In this document: in pieces, positions 16,199 to 24,874 of the stretch
Layout: each line of letters opens with the position of its first letter
Position numbering within the stretch: position 1 is the stretch's first letter
DNA from: Verrucomicrobiota bacterium
GTDB taxonomy: Bacteria > Verrucomicrobiota > Verrucomicrobiia > Chthoniobacterales > UBA6821
Assembly (NCBI GenBank): GCA_008932965.1
Contig: WBXG01000011.1
Span: 3,877 to 35,876 of the forward strand
Reading direction: 5' to 3'
Length of the DNA stretch: 32,000 bases
Translations under genes and position numbers: made by a program
Notes under the pieces: model-generated
Seen by the model: the letters and a program-made list of their open reading frames with translations, nothing else
Database searches by the model: none
Told to the model about the DNA's origin: nothing

Positions 16199-18070
16199 AT
16201 GTCTGCTTTAACTCAAAATTCATCCCCTAAATTCAATCTCCAGGTAGAAAGAAAAAGGCCTGTATGCTCTTCATGGCTAGCGCACAGATCGCTTCTTTTC
16301 ATAGCATCCTTATGGAGTATAGGGAGCGCCTCTGCTATTTTTATGATACTATTTTCTCAATCTCTCCATGCGCAGGAAATAGATCCAAAAACCGATCCTA
16401 TTGACACTGAGCTTTCAGGGCCACTTGCCGTAATTCCAGAAATGATCTCTGTGGAAGATGCTGGAAATCTCGCTGATCCTATTACTGGATTGGGCGCGGT
16501 ACAAGAAGCATTCCACATCGGAAAATACCCTGTAACTAATTTACAATGGACAACTTTTCTCAATGCTGTGCACGTTGTTGAGCAAAATCCTGAAGATCCC
16601 CGCAATCTTTATCATGAGGAGATGTTTCAGAAAAATATTGGATCTGCTCCCTTATCTAAGTTAACCGATGTTATAAGAACCAGAATTGATGCAACCAATT
16701 TTCTAGGTCACAAGATCACGGTTTTTTTCCCAAAAGACTGGGGAACTCCCTTAGGACACTATTTTGGTTCGCTTCCTGTGACAGGAATAAGCCTAGATGA
16801 CTGTAAGCGCTATCTCAATTGGTTACATCATGGGGCTCCAGATTTTTTAACCTTATGTCGAAAAGACCCATCGTTAGATCCCTTTACTTTAAGTGAAAAG
16901 CTCTTAGCTATAACAGAAACTGGAGCCTATGATTTTACAAATGGCAAAAATGGAGAGCTTATGGAAGGAGCGCGCTATTTTCTCCCTAATTTAAATCAGT
17001 GGTACAAGGCTGCTTACCATTACGGTGGAACAACAGATGCTACCTACTGGTCTTATCCTACTCAAAGCAATAAATTACCAACTCAAAGCAATAAATTACC
17101 AACTCAAACAATCATCCTTGAACTCTTCAAAAATCCTTCTAGTGCTAAAACAGGAGCTAATTTTGCACAAGTTTTTTATAATTATAAACGATATTATATA
17201 GATGGATGTTATGACATGGAGCATTTATTTAGTGATGAAACCATGCCTTCAAAAGAAAATGAATATTATCTTGCAACACCTGTCGGTTTTTTCACAGATT
17301 CACCCAGCTCTTATGGAACCTATGATCAAGGAGGAAATGTAAGAGAATGGACGAGCGATTCTGTAATAACGTTGCAAGGAGAAGAAATGATTGCTCCAGG
17401 AGGATCATTTGAAGAGTCCAGTGATCAATTATTAAGCACTAATGCAAACAAAAAATCTTTTCCCCCGTCCTGTAGAATTAAAACTATCGGTTTAAGAGTA
17501 TGCTCATTAGCGACTGTTGGTAATCTTAACAAAGATCCAATTTTGTCAGATGCTGCCTCGAACTCCCTTAACAGTTCCTTAATTCTTCAGTCATTTACAA
17601 ATGTAGCCATTGCACAAACGACAGCTTATGGTCTTGAAGCTGCTTTAGCAGTTGGTATTAAATATGTTAATACGGGAAGGATAATGACTCTGAGTGAAAT
17701 AGTGCGCCCTTTTACCTATCAGCGAAATATTGTAAATGGTATCTTAAGTGTTGTTCTTGTCATGGGTGAAACAGGTCGAGCAACAGTGGCTCCAATAAAA
17801 AAAGAGGACTTATGGAATATAGGATTCGTTGTTGCCTCTACCATAGCTACGATGCTCCTGACTGAAGGTTCTGCTTTCTTTGTTGAAGCCGCCGTAGGAG
17901 AAGTGCTCAACCTGCTCAAAAACTCTAATTTGATCACAATGACAGTTCAAAATAGCGTTACTGAATTAGCATGGCCCAGATTGATTACCAACATGTGGTA
18001 CATTGGCCTGAATACTTATCTGACAACAAAATCAGATTTAAAATATTTTGAAGAACAACAACTCAATTAA
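16199..18070 (+). CDS. FGE-sulfatase/SUMF1-domain protein with an N-terminal TM anchor and a hydrophobic C-terminal region
   Basis: TM helix LLFIASLWSIGSASAIFMILF. FGE-domain blocks HIGKYPVTNLQWTTFLNAV, GISLDDCKRYLNWL, YGTYDQGGNVREWTSD and IGLRVC. The last 170 aa or so contain several hydrophobic stretches (ILSVVLVMG, IGFVVASTIATMLL). The ATG at 16199 is preferred over the TTG at 16103. Confidence 0.75.
   Translation: MSALTQNSSPKFNLQVERKRPVCSSWLAHRSLLFIASLWSIGSASAIFMILFSQSLHAQEIDPKTDPIDTELSGPLAVIPEMISVEDAGNLADPITGLGAVQEAFHIGKYPVTNLQWTTFLNAVHVVEQNPEDPRNLYHEEMFQKNIGSAPLSKLTDVIRTRIDATNFLGHKITVFFPKDWGTPLGHYFGSLPVTGISLDDCKRYLNWLHHGAPDFLTLCRKDPSLDPFTLSEKLLAITETGAYDFTNGKNGELMEGARYFLPNLNQWYKAAYHYGGTTDATYWSYPTQSNKLPTQSNKLPTQTIILELFKNPSSAKTGANFAQVFYNYKRYYIDGCYDMEHLFSDETMPSKENEYYLATPVGFFTDSPSSYGTYDQGGNVREWTSDSVITLQGEEMIAPGGSFEESSDQLLSTNANKKSFPPSCRIKTIGLRVCSLATVGNLNKDPILSDAASNSLNSSLILQSFTNVAIAQTTAYGLEAALAVGIKYVNTGRIMTLSEIVRPFTYQRNIVNGILSVVLVMGETGRATVAPIKKEDLWNIGFVVASTIATMLLTEGSAFFVEAAVGEVLNLLKNSNLITMTVQNSVTELAWPRLITNMWYIGLNTYLTTKSDLKYFEEQQLN
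17060..17108 (+). repeat. 21-bp in-frame tandem duplication (2.3 units) inside the FGE-domain CDS
   Basis: ACTCAAAGCAATAAATTACCA is repeated exactly twice and followed by ACTCAAA. It encodes PTQSNKL PTQSNKL PTQ. Confidence 0.9.
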
Positions 18071-18251
18071 CCCGTATGTTTCATCCCGATCTACTGCGTA
18101 GATCGGGAAGTCATATGGATGCTGCGTTAGACTTGCATTTTGATTTGGGCAGTATGTACAACATACAGCCCTGCATCAAAATGCTCGCCTGCCTTACCCC
18201 ATCAGCCTTCGAGGCCTCCTCGTTACGATCATTATGAAATATGCGAGCTAG
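18067..18251. repeat. MITE-like palindromic element, 185 bp (copy E)
   Basis: TTAA-CCCGTATGTTTCATCCCGATC at the left end and GATCATTATGAAATATGCGAG-CTAG at the right. The internal block is GCTGCGTTAGACTTG...GGGCAGTATGTACAACATACAGCC. The TTAA contains the stop codon of the plus-strand FGE-domain gene. The CTAG contains the stop codon of the minus-strand hexapeptide transferase gene. Confidence 0.85.
18084..18108. repeat. Perfect 10-bp inverted repeat (hairpin, 5-nt loop) inside copy E
   Basis: TCCCGATCTA-CTGCG-TAGATCGGGA lies 14 nt after the FGE-domain gene stop codon. No U-tract follows, so I am not calling it a canonical intrinsic terminator. Confidence 0.6.
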
Positions 18252-18919
18252 CGTGCAAGAATCTGGTACTCCTCTTGCTTTTTTACAATGCTTTTTTCAG
18301 GTAGGATCCCATGCCATGAGACCATAGGATAGATTAAGCTCTCCCTTCCAATAATTGATCCTGGGCTCAATACAGCATTGCATCCAATTTCAACATAATC
18401 ACCAAGAATAGCACCAAATTTTTTGAGGCCAGTGGAAATTTTGAGGTTCTCTATTTTGATGATAATTTCCTGCCGATCTAATCGGACATTAGAAAGAATA
18501 ACACCTGCCCCAAGATGAGCACGGTAGCCTAAAATAGAATCGCCAACATAGTTAAAATGGGGGACCTGGACTTCATCAAAGAGGAGTGAATTTTTTAATT
18601 CACACGAGTTTCCAATAACCGAATTATTTCCAACAATAACATTTTCTCGAATATAACACCCTTTACGCAACTGACATCCTTCCCCAATCCAGGCAGGACC
18701 TAGAATTACAGCCCCCTCCTCAATAATGGTATTTTTCCCAATAAAGACATTTTTTCCAATATAAGAATTTCCATTCTTAATTCCATAATTTGCTGGAGTG
18801 AGGTAATCAGCAAGATAAGAAGAAATATTGGAAAGAATCTCCCAGACTCGCGAATTTCTGTTGATCAAAATCTGATGATCTGTATGGCGAAGATCAAGGT
18901 AAGCATTAGGATGAAACAT
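18248..18919 (-). CDS. Left-handed beta-helix (hexapeptide-repeat) transferase, sugar nucleotidyl/acyl-transferase-like
   Basis: Long run of hexapeptide repeats (IGKNVFIGKNTIIEEGAVILGPAWIGEGCQLRKGCYIRENVIVGNNSVIGNSCELKNSLL...VGDSILGYRAHLGAGVILSN). The ATG at 18919 (MFHPNAY) is preferred because the 19024 start would overlap the upstream GT9 gene by 50 bp. Confidence 0.65.
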   Translation of the reverse strand: MFHPNAYLDLRHTDHQILINRNSRVWEILSNISSYLADYLTPANYGIKNGNSYIGKNVFIGKNTIIEEGAVILGPAWIGEGCQLRKGCYIRENVIVGNNSVIGNSCELKNSLLFDEVQVPHFNYVGDSILGYRAHLGAGVILSNVRLDRQEIIIKIENLKISTGLKKFGAILGDYVEIGCNAVLSPGSIIGRESLIYPMVSWHGILPEKSIVKKQEEYQILAR

Positions 18920-18974
18920 AGAATTTAAAGGTACTGTATGAGGGCTGTTTGTTAGGAAAATAAACGAGATTATT

Positions 18975-20072
18975 TTATTTTTTAAAATGAAGTATCCGCT
19001 CCATTGCATCAAAAACTTTTTCAAAAGATATCTGACTCATCTCACTAAGCTGAGGATCTTTTTGTTTAAGTAGAAGTTCTTTTTCAGGCTTGGCAAGTTC
19101 GATGATTTCATGGCCCGGGGTATTGTCTAGTGGACCATACATACTAGTGGGGCTGCGGTAGTGGAGTAGCGCAAGAGTGGGGCAACCCACTGCAAAACCA
19201 AGATGCATCACGCCAGTATCTGTGCTCACAAGCATGGAAGCCTCCTTGAGGAGTGCGGCTGTCTCCTCTAAGGTTGTTTTTTGAACAAGATTGATGACCC
19301 AAGGAGTTGCTTTTTCAATAGCTATTCCTACCTCGTAATTGTCATGCCCCCCCGTTAAAATGATCTGATGAGGATATCTCTCCTTAAACCATCTGATGGC
19401 GTGAATATAAGATTCTACGGGCCAGTTTCGCCAGGAGAGTGTTTTACCTCCTCCTGTTTGAAAAATAATAAAAGGTTGTTTTAAAGCAGGGTGGTGTTGG
19501 TAGAGAAGTTTTACCTCCTCCTCCCTTACCTGATAAACCATACCTCGATCGACCTTTGCCCCACCGGCGGCAGTAGCTACTTTCAAGATTTCTTTCACAA
19601 TATGGGGTTCATCTTTCGTAACCACTGGATGTGAGAGAAGGAAGGAAAAACGTTGACAGCGCTCCACAGCGCCGAAAAAAGCATGTCGATTCAAAAGGTA
19701 TCCTAGTGGAACCGCCTCTTCATTGACATGCAGGGCAACAACTAGATCTGGTTTACTATTTCGAAAGTGCTGTAAAAGCTTGAATTGAGAAAGAGGCGAT
19801 TTACTCAGTGGAAGGACTTCATCTACGAATGGATGGTGACGTGCTACTGACCCACGTCGATGGTGTGCTGCGACAATGAGTTTGGACTGAGGATACCCCT
19901 TTTTTAAACTTTTTATTGCTGCTGAATCAAAAAGACTATCTCCAATTCCAGTTGTGCTAAAAACTAAAATGAGTTTAGGGTTCTTTGGGAGGGGCCATGG
20001 AACTGGTGGGAAGACCAATGCAAGAAGACGAAAAAAATGCTCATTAAAAAATCGAGTAATCTTGTTCCACAT
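18975..20072 (-). CDS. GT9 glycosyltransferase (ADP-heptose:LPS heptosyltransferase family)
   Basis: KLILVFSTTGIGDSLFDSAAIKSLKKGYP N-terminal block. C-terminal LVSTDTGVMHLGFAVGCPTLALL block typical of GT9. Confidence 0.85.
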   Translation of the reverse strand: MWNKITRFFNEHFFRLLALVFPPVPWPLPKNPKLILVFSTTGIGDSLFDSAAIKSLKKGYPQSKLIVAAHHRRGSVARHHPFVDEVLPLSKSPLSQFKLLQHFRNSKPDLVVALHVNEEAVPLGYLLNRHAFFGAVERCQRFSFLLSHPVVTKDEPHIVKEILKVATAAGGAKVDRGMVYQVREEEVKLLYQHHPALKQPFIIFQTGGGKTLSWRNWPVESYIHAIRWFKERYPHQIILTGGHDNYEVGIAIEKATPWVINLVQKTTLEETAALLKEASMLVSTDTGVMHLGFAVGCPTLALLHYRSPTSMYGPLDNTPGHEIIELAKPEKELLLKQKDPQLSEMSQISFEKVFDAMERILHFKK

Positions 20073-20216
20073 AAGTGAGCTGTTTTAACCTGAGTCGGGC
20101 TGTTGAAGAAGGTGATCTGTTACAACAAAAATCAGCTTCTGCATCCGTAAAGGAAACGCATGAAGGTAATATTTTATCAGCAAGAAGCAAATAATTGGGA
20201 CAGGGGTATGAAAAAA

Positions 20217-21782
20217 TTAAGGTTTTTTGAGTCTCATTCTGTTCCAAAAATGTTCTACAAAATAAGTCAATTGTTTGTGGGGTTTTTTAGGACGATTGCA
20301 TTCAATATAAACACCGCTCACTAACGTTTCGATTCCAGAAAGACCATCAAGTCTGATTTTGGGCCGCACAATAGAAAAATTAGTGTCATGTTTACGAAGT
20401 GAGTCATACCCCGGAGCAATATAGGCAGTGACCTCCACACGGTGATGTGCTACATGCACTTCCTCTACTAAGCCAATGGGAACCCCCAGATAGCGAACTT
20501 GTGTTTGTCCAGCCAGAAGCCCCTGGCCATCTTCAAAGCTCATCTTCAGTGGCTCTGGACTGAGTCGAGCGACTTGTTCACTCGAAAAAAGAGCAAAAGA
20601 TTTTCCTGATGTGGCAACAGGAGCTTGTTGAGGGCTCCAGGAATCATAAGCAATTCCCCCTTGAAGGAGCGATTGGAGGCTATCAACTTCCATGCTCACG
20701 ACTCCAGGTCCTGCTTGAATTCTTGTACCAGGAAGACGCCAGAAGAGGCTGTTCTCATGAACTGTATTGGCAAACTCTTTTTTAATGAAAATGGTGAGGA
20801 GCGGTTCTCCATTGTTGTTGATTTCTTTTTTGGTGACTTTCCCAACAACAATGCCGCGATAGAGAACGGGGGCATCAACGTAGAGTGTTGGAATTTCGTG
20901 AGCATACAACTCAAAGGTTATTCCTTCATTTCCCGAGCGTGCCTCTTGTTCGTTTGAAGCAAGATGAAATGACTCTCCGCTTTTCGCTTCTGCTGTTGGT
21001 GCTTCAAAGGTATCTATAGCAACCGTTCCTAAAAACATATTTTTAAGATTTTGAATATCTGCCTGAACACCCTTAGGGCTGATCTTAACGGAGGCAGCAG
21101 GAAGCATCCAAAAATGACTATTCTCATGAATAAGTTCGACAAACTGTTTCTGAATAGCAGCAATCACAACAGAATTTCCATCTCCCATTAGCTCTTTGCG
21201 CATGATTCCCCCAATAGTGATCCCTCGATAGGTAATTGAAGAGCCCTCCTCGAGATAAGGAATCTCTTGAGCAATAAGTTTAAGAACCAGTCCAGGAGCT
21301 TCTAAGGGGTGAAGTGGCATTTTTTCCATTCCTACAAAATGAGTGGTCTTGGGTCCTTCACCCAGACGCGCCTGGATCGAGTTTCCTTGAATAATAGAAC
21401 TGAGCCCCGAGGTTTTAGCTAAGCTGATAACAGGTTGATCGATCCAGTAGAGTGTTCCTGCTTGTGAAAGGAGTGCGGCAAATGCCTTCAACCTAATTTT
21501 CACAATAGCTTTGCTCAAATGCTCATCTAGTCTGACATCAATGACCTCTCCTGCTGCAACTCCACGGTAAAAAAGAAGTGTTTTGTGCGCTTGAATTCCT
21601 GGAGCTTCATGAAATTCCACCTCAATGATAGGTCCCTCTGACTTCCAATTATCCCAAAAAAACCAACCTGTTGTGAGAAGTGCTAAGAGTGGAAAAAGCC
21701 AGATCCAAGAGAGACGGGTGTTAGCATGGGCAATAATTTTCCCATGATCAACCAGGTGAGAGGAATGGTTTTCTGGCTGCAT
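20217..21782 (-). CDS. pqiB: PqiB-like multi-MCE-domain intermembrane transport protein
   Basis: N-terminal RLSWIWLFPLLALLTTGWFFW anchor followed by GPIIEVEFHEAPGIQAHKTLLFYRGVAAGEV. There are further MCE-like repeats (ITYRGITIGGI, VLYRGIVVGKV, VRYLGVPIGLV). At 521 aa it is close to PqiB size. Confidence 0.8.
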   Translation of the reverse strand: MQPENHSSHLVDHGKIIAHANTRLSWIWLFPLLALLTTGWFFWDNWKSEGPIIEVEFHEAPGIQAHKTLLFYRGVAAGEVIDVRLDEHLSKAIVKIRLKAFAALLSQAGTLYWIDQPVISLAKTSGLSSIIQGNSIQARLGEGPKTTHFVGMEKMPLHPLEAPGLVLKLIAQEIPYLEEGSSITYRGITIGGIMRKELMGDGNSVVIAAIQKQFVELIHENSHFWMLPAASVKISPKGVQADIQNLKNMFLGTVAIDTFEAPTAEAKSGESFHLASNEQEARSGNEGITFELYAHEIPTLYVDAPVLYRGIVVGKVTKKEINNNGEPLLTIFIKKEFANTVHENSLFWRLPGTRIQAGPGVVSMEVDSLQSLLQGGIAYDSWSPQQAPVATSGKSFALFSSEQVARLSPEPLKMSFEDGQGLLAGQTQVRYLGVPIGLVEEVHVAHHRVEVTAYIAPGYDSLRKHDTNFSIVRPKIRLDGLSGIETLVSGVYIECNRPKKPHKQLTYFVEHFWNRMRLKKP

Positions 21783-21821
21783 AGGGGTTAATGATAAGAA
21801 CGATGTATGGAAGAAGATGGT

Positions 21822-21887
21822 TTAACCCGCATATTTCATACTCATCACGGCCTCCTCGTCACGATCAGTATGAAATATCTGGGCTAG
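21822..21887. repeat. Mini (66-bp) derivative of the MITE-like element (copy F)
   Basis: TTAA-CCCGCATATTTCATACTCATCACGGCCTCCTCGTCACGATCAGTATGAAATATCTGGG-CTAG. Both termini are near consensus and almost all interior sequence is missing. Confidence 0.85.
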
Positions 21888-22033
21888 TTTTTCAGATTGG
21901 ATCAGGCTGAGTCAACTGCATCGATGTATTGTAGAGCAACTAAAAAATTTATAACCCCTAAAAAGGGAGCTCGTCATAGAATGTTCTTTGCGAGCATAAG
22001 GAAGACTTGCTTCTCTCTGGTTTTATAGGCATC

Positions 22034-22217
22034 TTAACTCGAATATTTCATACTCAATCCTTGCGGCTTGGGGAAAGCTCATTGTCACTGTGCTGGTCTC
22101 GATTGCGAGTGGGGAAGTAGGGCTCCTGCAGCCCCGCATCACAATCTTTCTCCCTCCTTGTACTAATAAGCTTTGCACGGCGCCTCATGACGCTTCAGTA
22201 TGAAATGCTCGGATTAA
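22034..22217. repeat. MITE-like palindromic element, 184 bp (copy G)
   Basis: TTAA-CTCGAATATTTCATAC at the left end and CAGTATGAAATGCTCGGA-TTAA at the right. The internal block is GCGGCTTGGGGAAAGCTCATTGTCACTGTGCTGGTCTCGATTGCGAGTGGGG, shared with copy H. It ends 60 bp before the mreB start. Confidence 0.85.
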
Positions 22218-22276
22218 GCCTCATAAACGCTACTGCAATTTTCATTCCATCACATAAATAAATAAATTTTTTTCTC

Positions 22277-23332
22277 ATGAGCCTCTTTTCAAAACTCCTT
22301 ACAAAATTCTTTGGTATTTTTTCCACTGATATTGGAATCGATCTTGGAACTGCAAACACACTTGTTTACTTAAAAGATCACGGTGTTGTCGTACGAGAAC
22401 CCTCAATTGTTGCAGTGAAAGCAGGAACGACTCACGTCCTTGCTGTTGGTGATGAAGCAAAGCGCATGCTAGGAAGAACGCCAGGTAACATTACGGCAAT
22501 ACGTCCGCTGAAGGATGGAGTCATTGCGGATTTTGAAATCACCGAAGCCATGCTACGTCATTTTATTACAAAGGCTCATAGTTCACGCCGTTTAATTCGA
22601 CCTAGGGTGGTGATTGCTGTTCCAAGTGGTATTACCGAAGTTGAAAAACGTGCTGTCAAAGATTCTGCATTGCATGCTGGGGCACGAGAGGTTTTTTTAA
22701 TTGAAGAACCGATGGCAGCAGCCATCGGTGTTGGTCTTCCAGTAACTGATCCGGCTGCTAATATGATTATCGATATTGGTGGAGGAACAACTGAAGTGGC
22801 TATCATTTCACTGGCAGGTATTGTTTTTAGTCGTAGTGTTCGTGTTGCTGGTGATGAACTCGATGAGGCCATTACCAATTATATCAAACGCACCTACAAT
22901 ATTCTTATTGGAGAGCGTACTGCAGAAGATATCAAATTGCAGATCGGTTCTGCATATCCTTTGGAAAAAGAAATGGCAATGGATGTCAAGGGACGTGATT
23001 TGGTAGCCGGGCTTCCTAAGACAATTCATATTACATCTCAAGAAATTCGCGAAGCACTAAAGGAACCAGTTTCTACTATTGTGAATGCAGTTCGCGTTAC
23101 TCTGGAACGCTGTCCTCCTGAACTTTCAGCTGATCTTGTAGATCATGGTGTTGTCCTCGCTGGAGGGGGGGCCTTGCTTCGTGGCTTAGATAAGCTTATT
23201 GCAGAGGAGACGGGCCTTCCAGTGCATGTCGCTGAAGACCCTCTGAGTGCTGTTGTGGAGGGAACAGGAAGAGCTCTTCAAGAAATTGCTTTTTTGCGTG
23301 CTGTCGCTTCACAGGATCGAACAAGGACGTAG
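22277..23332 (+). CDS. mreB: Rod-shape-determining actin homologue MreB
   Basis: [40 protein letters not shown] and [17 protein letters not shown], which are the phosphate, adenosine and connect motifs of MreB. Confidence 0.95.
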   Translation: MSLFSKLLTKFFGIFSTDIGIDLGTANTLVYLKDHGVVVREPSIVAVKAGTTHVLAVGDEAKRMLGRTPGNITAIRPLKDGVIADFEITEAMLRHFITKAHSSRRLIRPRVVIAVPSGITEVEKRAVKDSALHAGAREVFLIEEPMAAAIGVGLPVTDPAANMIIDIGGGTTEVAIISLAGIVFSRSVRVAGDELDEAITNYIKRTYNILIGERTAEDIKLQIGSAYPLEKEMAMDVKGRDLVAGLPKTIHITSQEIREALKEPVSTIVNAVRVTLERCPPELSADLVDHGVVLAGGGALLRGLDKLIAEETGLPVHVAEDPLSAVVEGTGRALQEIAFLRAVASQDRTRT

Positions 23333-23503
23333 TCTTAGGTGTTGAGTGTAGCAGAGTATAGTGCTCATCATATTAGTGTAACTTTAGACAAATCTTAGTC
23401 TTGTGATTTTATTTCAAGAAAAAAACTCTGCTTATTGGGGGTCTATTAATTAGGGAGAGCTTGTTGCCGATGACTCTCATTGCTCTTTTATTTTAGAACG
23501 ATC

Positions 23504-24304
23504 ATGCCGCGCTCTCGAATATTTATTGTTGGTGCTCTTATTGGTCTAGCTCTTATTGTTTCATTCTTAAATGTCTCTGGACTTAAGGTGGCTCAAGAGA
23601 AACTGCTTACCTTTGTTGCTCCTGTTTTTTATTCAAGTGTATTTCTCAAAAAAAATATTACTGAATTTACAAAACATCGTATGACCTTGCATCAGCTTGA
23701 AGAAGCTAATAGCAAGCTTCTTTCAGAAAACAGAGAACTTAAGACAGAAAACCTAGTCCTACACGCTGCAGCAGATGAAAACAATCAGTTGCGAAACGCT
23801 TTAAACTATCGTGAAAAGTCAGCATTTAAATTAGTGCCAGCAACCGTCATTGCCCGAGATAATTCTACATGGTGGAACAGTTTTAAAATTGATCGTGGAT
23901 CTCGTGACGGCATTGCTCCTGATATGGTAATCATCACCGAGTGTGGCCTTGTCGGTAAAACAAGCGTCGTCACACCAGGTCTTTCAACTATTGTTCTCAT
24001 TACAGATGAAAGTTGTCTTGTCGCTTCGAAAGTGCAAGGCACTTCAGATCAAGGAATCTGTAGTGGCATCCGTATTCCAACAGGAGGGTTGCAGCTCAAT
24101 TTTTTAAATAAATTAGCTAATTTGCAAGCTGGACAAAAAGTTTATACGGCCGGGGTTAGTGGTGGTATTTTTCCATCTGGCATTGAAATTGGTACTGTGA
24201 AAAGCTTTTGCCTTCGGGAGCTCGATGGACAAGCCATTCTAGACCCCACCGTTGATTTTAGTAATCTAGAACATGTATTTGTTATTGTAGGCGCTAAGGA
24301 GTGA
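23504..24304 (+). CDS. mreC: Rod-shape-determining protein MreC
   Basis: It sits directly after mreB. N-terminal TM helix. Coiled-coil segment (LEEANSKLLSENRELKTENLVLHAAADENNQLRNAL). Beta-barrel region with GIAPDMVIITECGLVGKT and the YTAGVSGGIFPSGIEIGTV signature. Confidence 0.85.
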   Translation: MPRSRIFIVGALIGLALIVSFLNVSGLKVAQEKLLTFVAPVFYSSVFLKKNITEFTKHRMTLHQLEEANSKLLSENRELKTENLVLHAAADENNQLRNALNYREKSAFKLVPATVIARDNSTWWNSFKIDRGSRDGIAPDMVIITECGLVGKTSVVTPGLSTIVLITDESCLVASKVQGTSDQGICSGIRIPTGGLQLNFLNKLANLQAGQKVYTAGVSGGIFPSGIEIGTVKSFCLRELDGQAILDPTVDFSNLEHVFVIVGAKE

Positions 24305-24319
24305 AACATCTGGTTTAGA

Positions 24320-24868
24320 ATGAAACCTCTCACCCTTTTTCTTTTTCTTCTAGTAGTGCTGTTATTAACGATGAGTTTAGAAGCTCTTGTACCCTCCCTG
24401 GCGTTTCTAGGACAAGTTCATCTTGTTTTCTTTACGATCATTTTTTGTTTTGCAGCGTTAGCGCTTCCTTTTTTTGGATCCCTTTTTTTTGGGTTTATCA
24501 CAGGATTAATTGAAGGCTTGTTAGTGCTAGAAATCCATGGTCAGCACGTTGAAATTCGACTCGGCTGGTTTATAATCTTTTTTATGTTATGGGCATTTAT
24601 GCTCCAGCTTGTGAGCGATATCACTGACGGAGTTCGCTGGGAGCTGCACAGCCTGGGAGCTGGATTATGCACAGCTACTTTTCTTTTAGGAGAGTTCTTT
24701 CTTCTCTCGTTCTCAAGAGGAAATTTTTTTATCACCGGGGAGGTGTTCTTATTGAGTTTTTTGTCAGCTGGAATCTCATTAATCCTAGCTCCTCTTTTCT
24801 ACGGATGTGTACAGTTTTGGTTGTCTCCCCCCAAACAGAACAGTACGACTTATCTAACTCCACTGTAA
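24320..24868 (+). CDS. mreD: Rod-shape-determining protein MreD (polytopic membrane protein)
   Basis: 182-aa protein, almost entirely hydrophobic, lying between mreC and mrdA. The call rests on position and topology more than on motifs. Confidence 0.7.
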   Translation: MKPLTLFLFLLVVLLLTMSLEALVPSLAFLGQVHLVFFTIIFCFAALALPFFGSLFFGFITGLIEGLLVLEIHGQHVEIRLGWFIIFFMLWAFMLQLVSDITDGVRWELHSLGAGLCTATFLLGEFFLLSFSRGNFFITGEVFLLSFLSAGISLILAPLFYGCVQFWLSPPKQNSTTYLTPL

Positions 24869-24874
24869 TCAAGA

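Noticed and set aside
20044-20247. 67-aa minus-strand ORF in the position where a pqiC-like lipoprotein might be expected
   Set aside because: It has no signal peptide or lipobox and is far shorter than PqiC. It overlaps both the pqiB 3' end and the GT9 start. It is most likely spurious.
21822-22217. Possibility that the recurring ~20-bp motif represents a CRISPR array
   Set aside because: The motif occurs as inverted pairs rather than direct repeats. Spacing is irregular: 26 nt inside the mini copy, about 150 nt inside full copies, and kilobases between copies. Copies are dispersed over the whole window and no cas genes are present.
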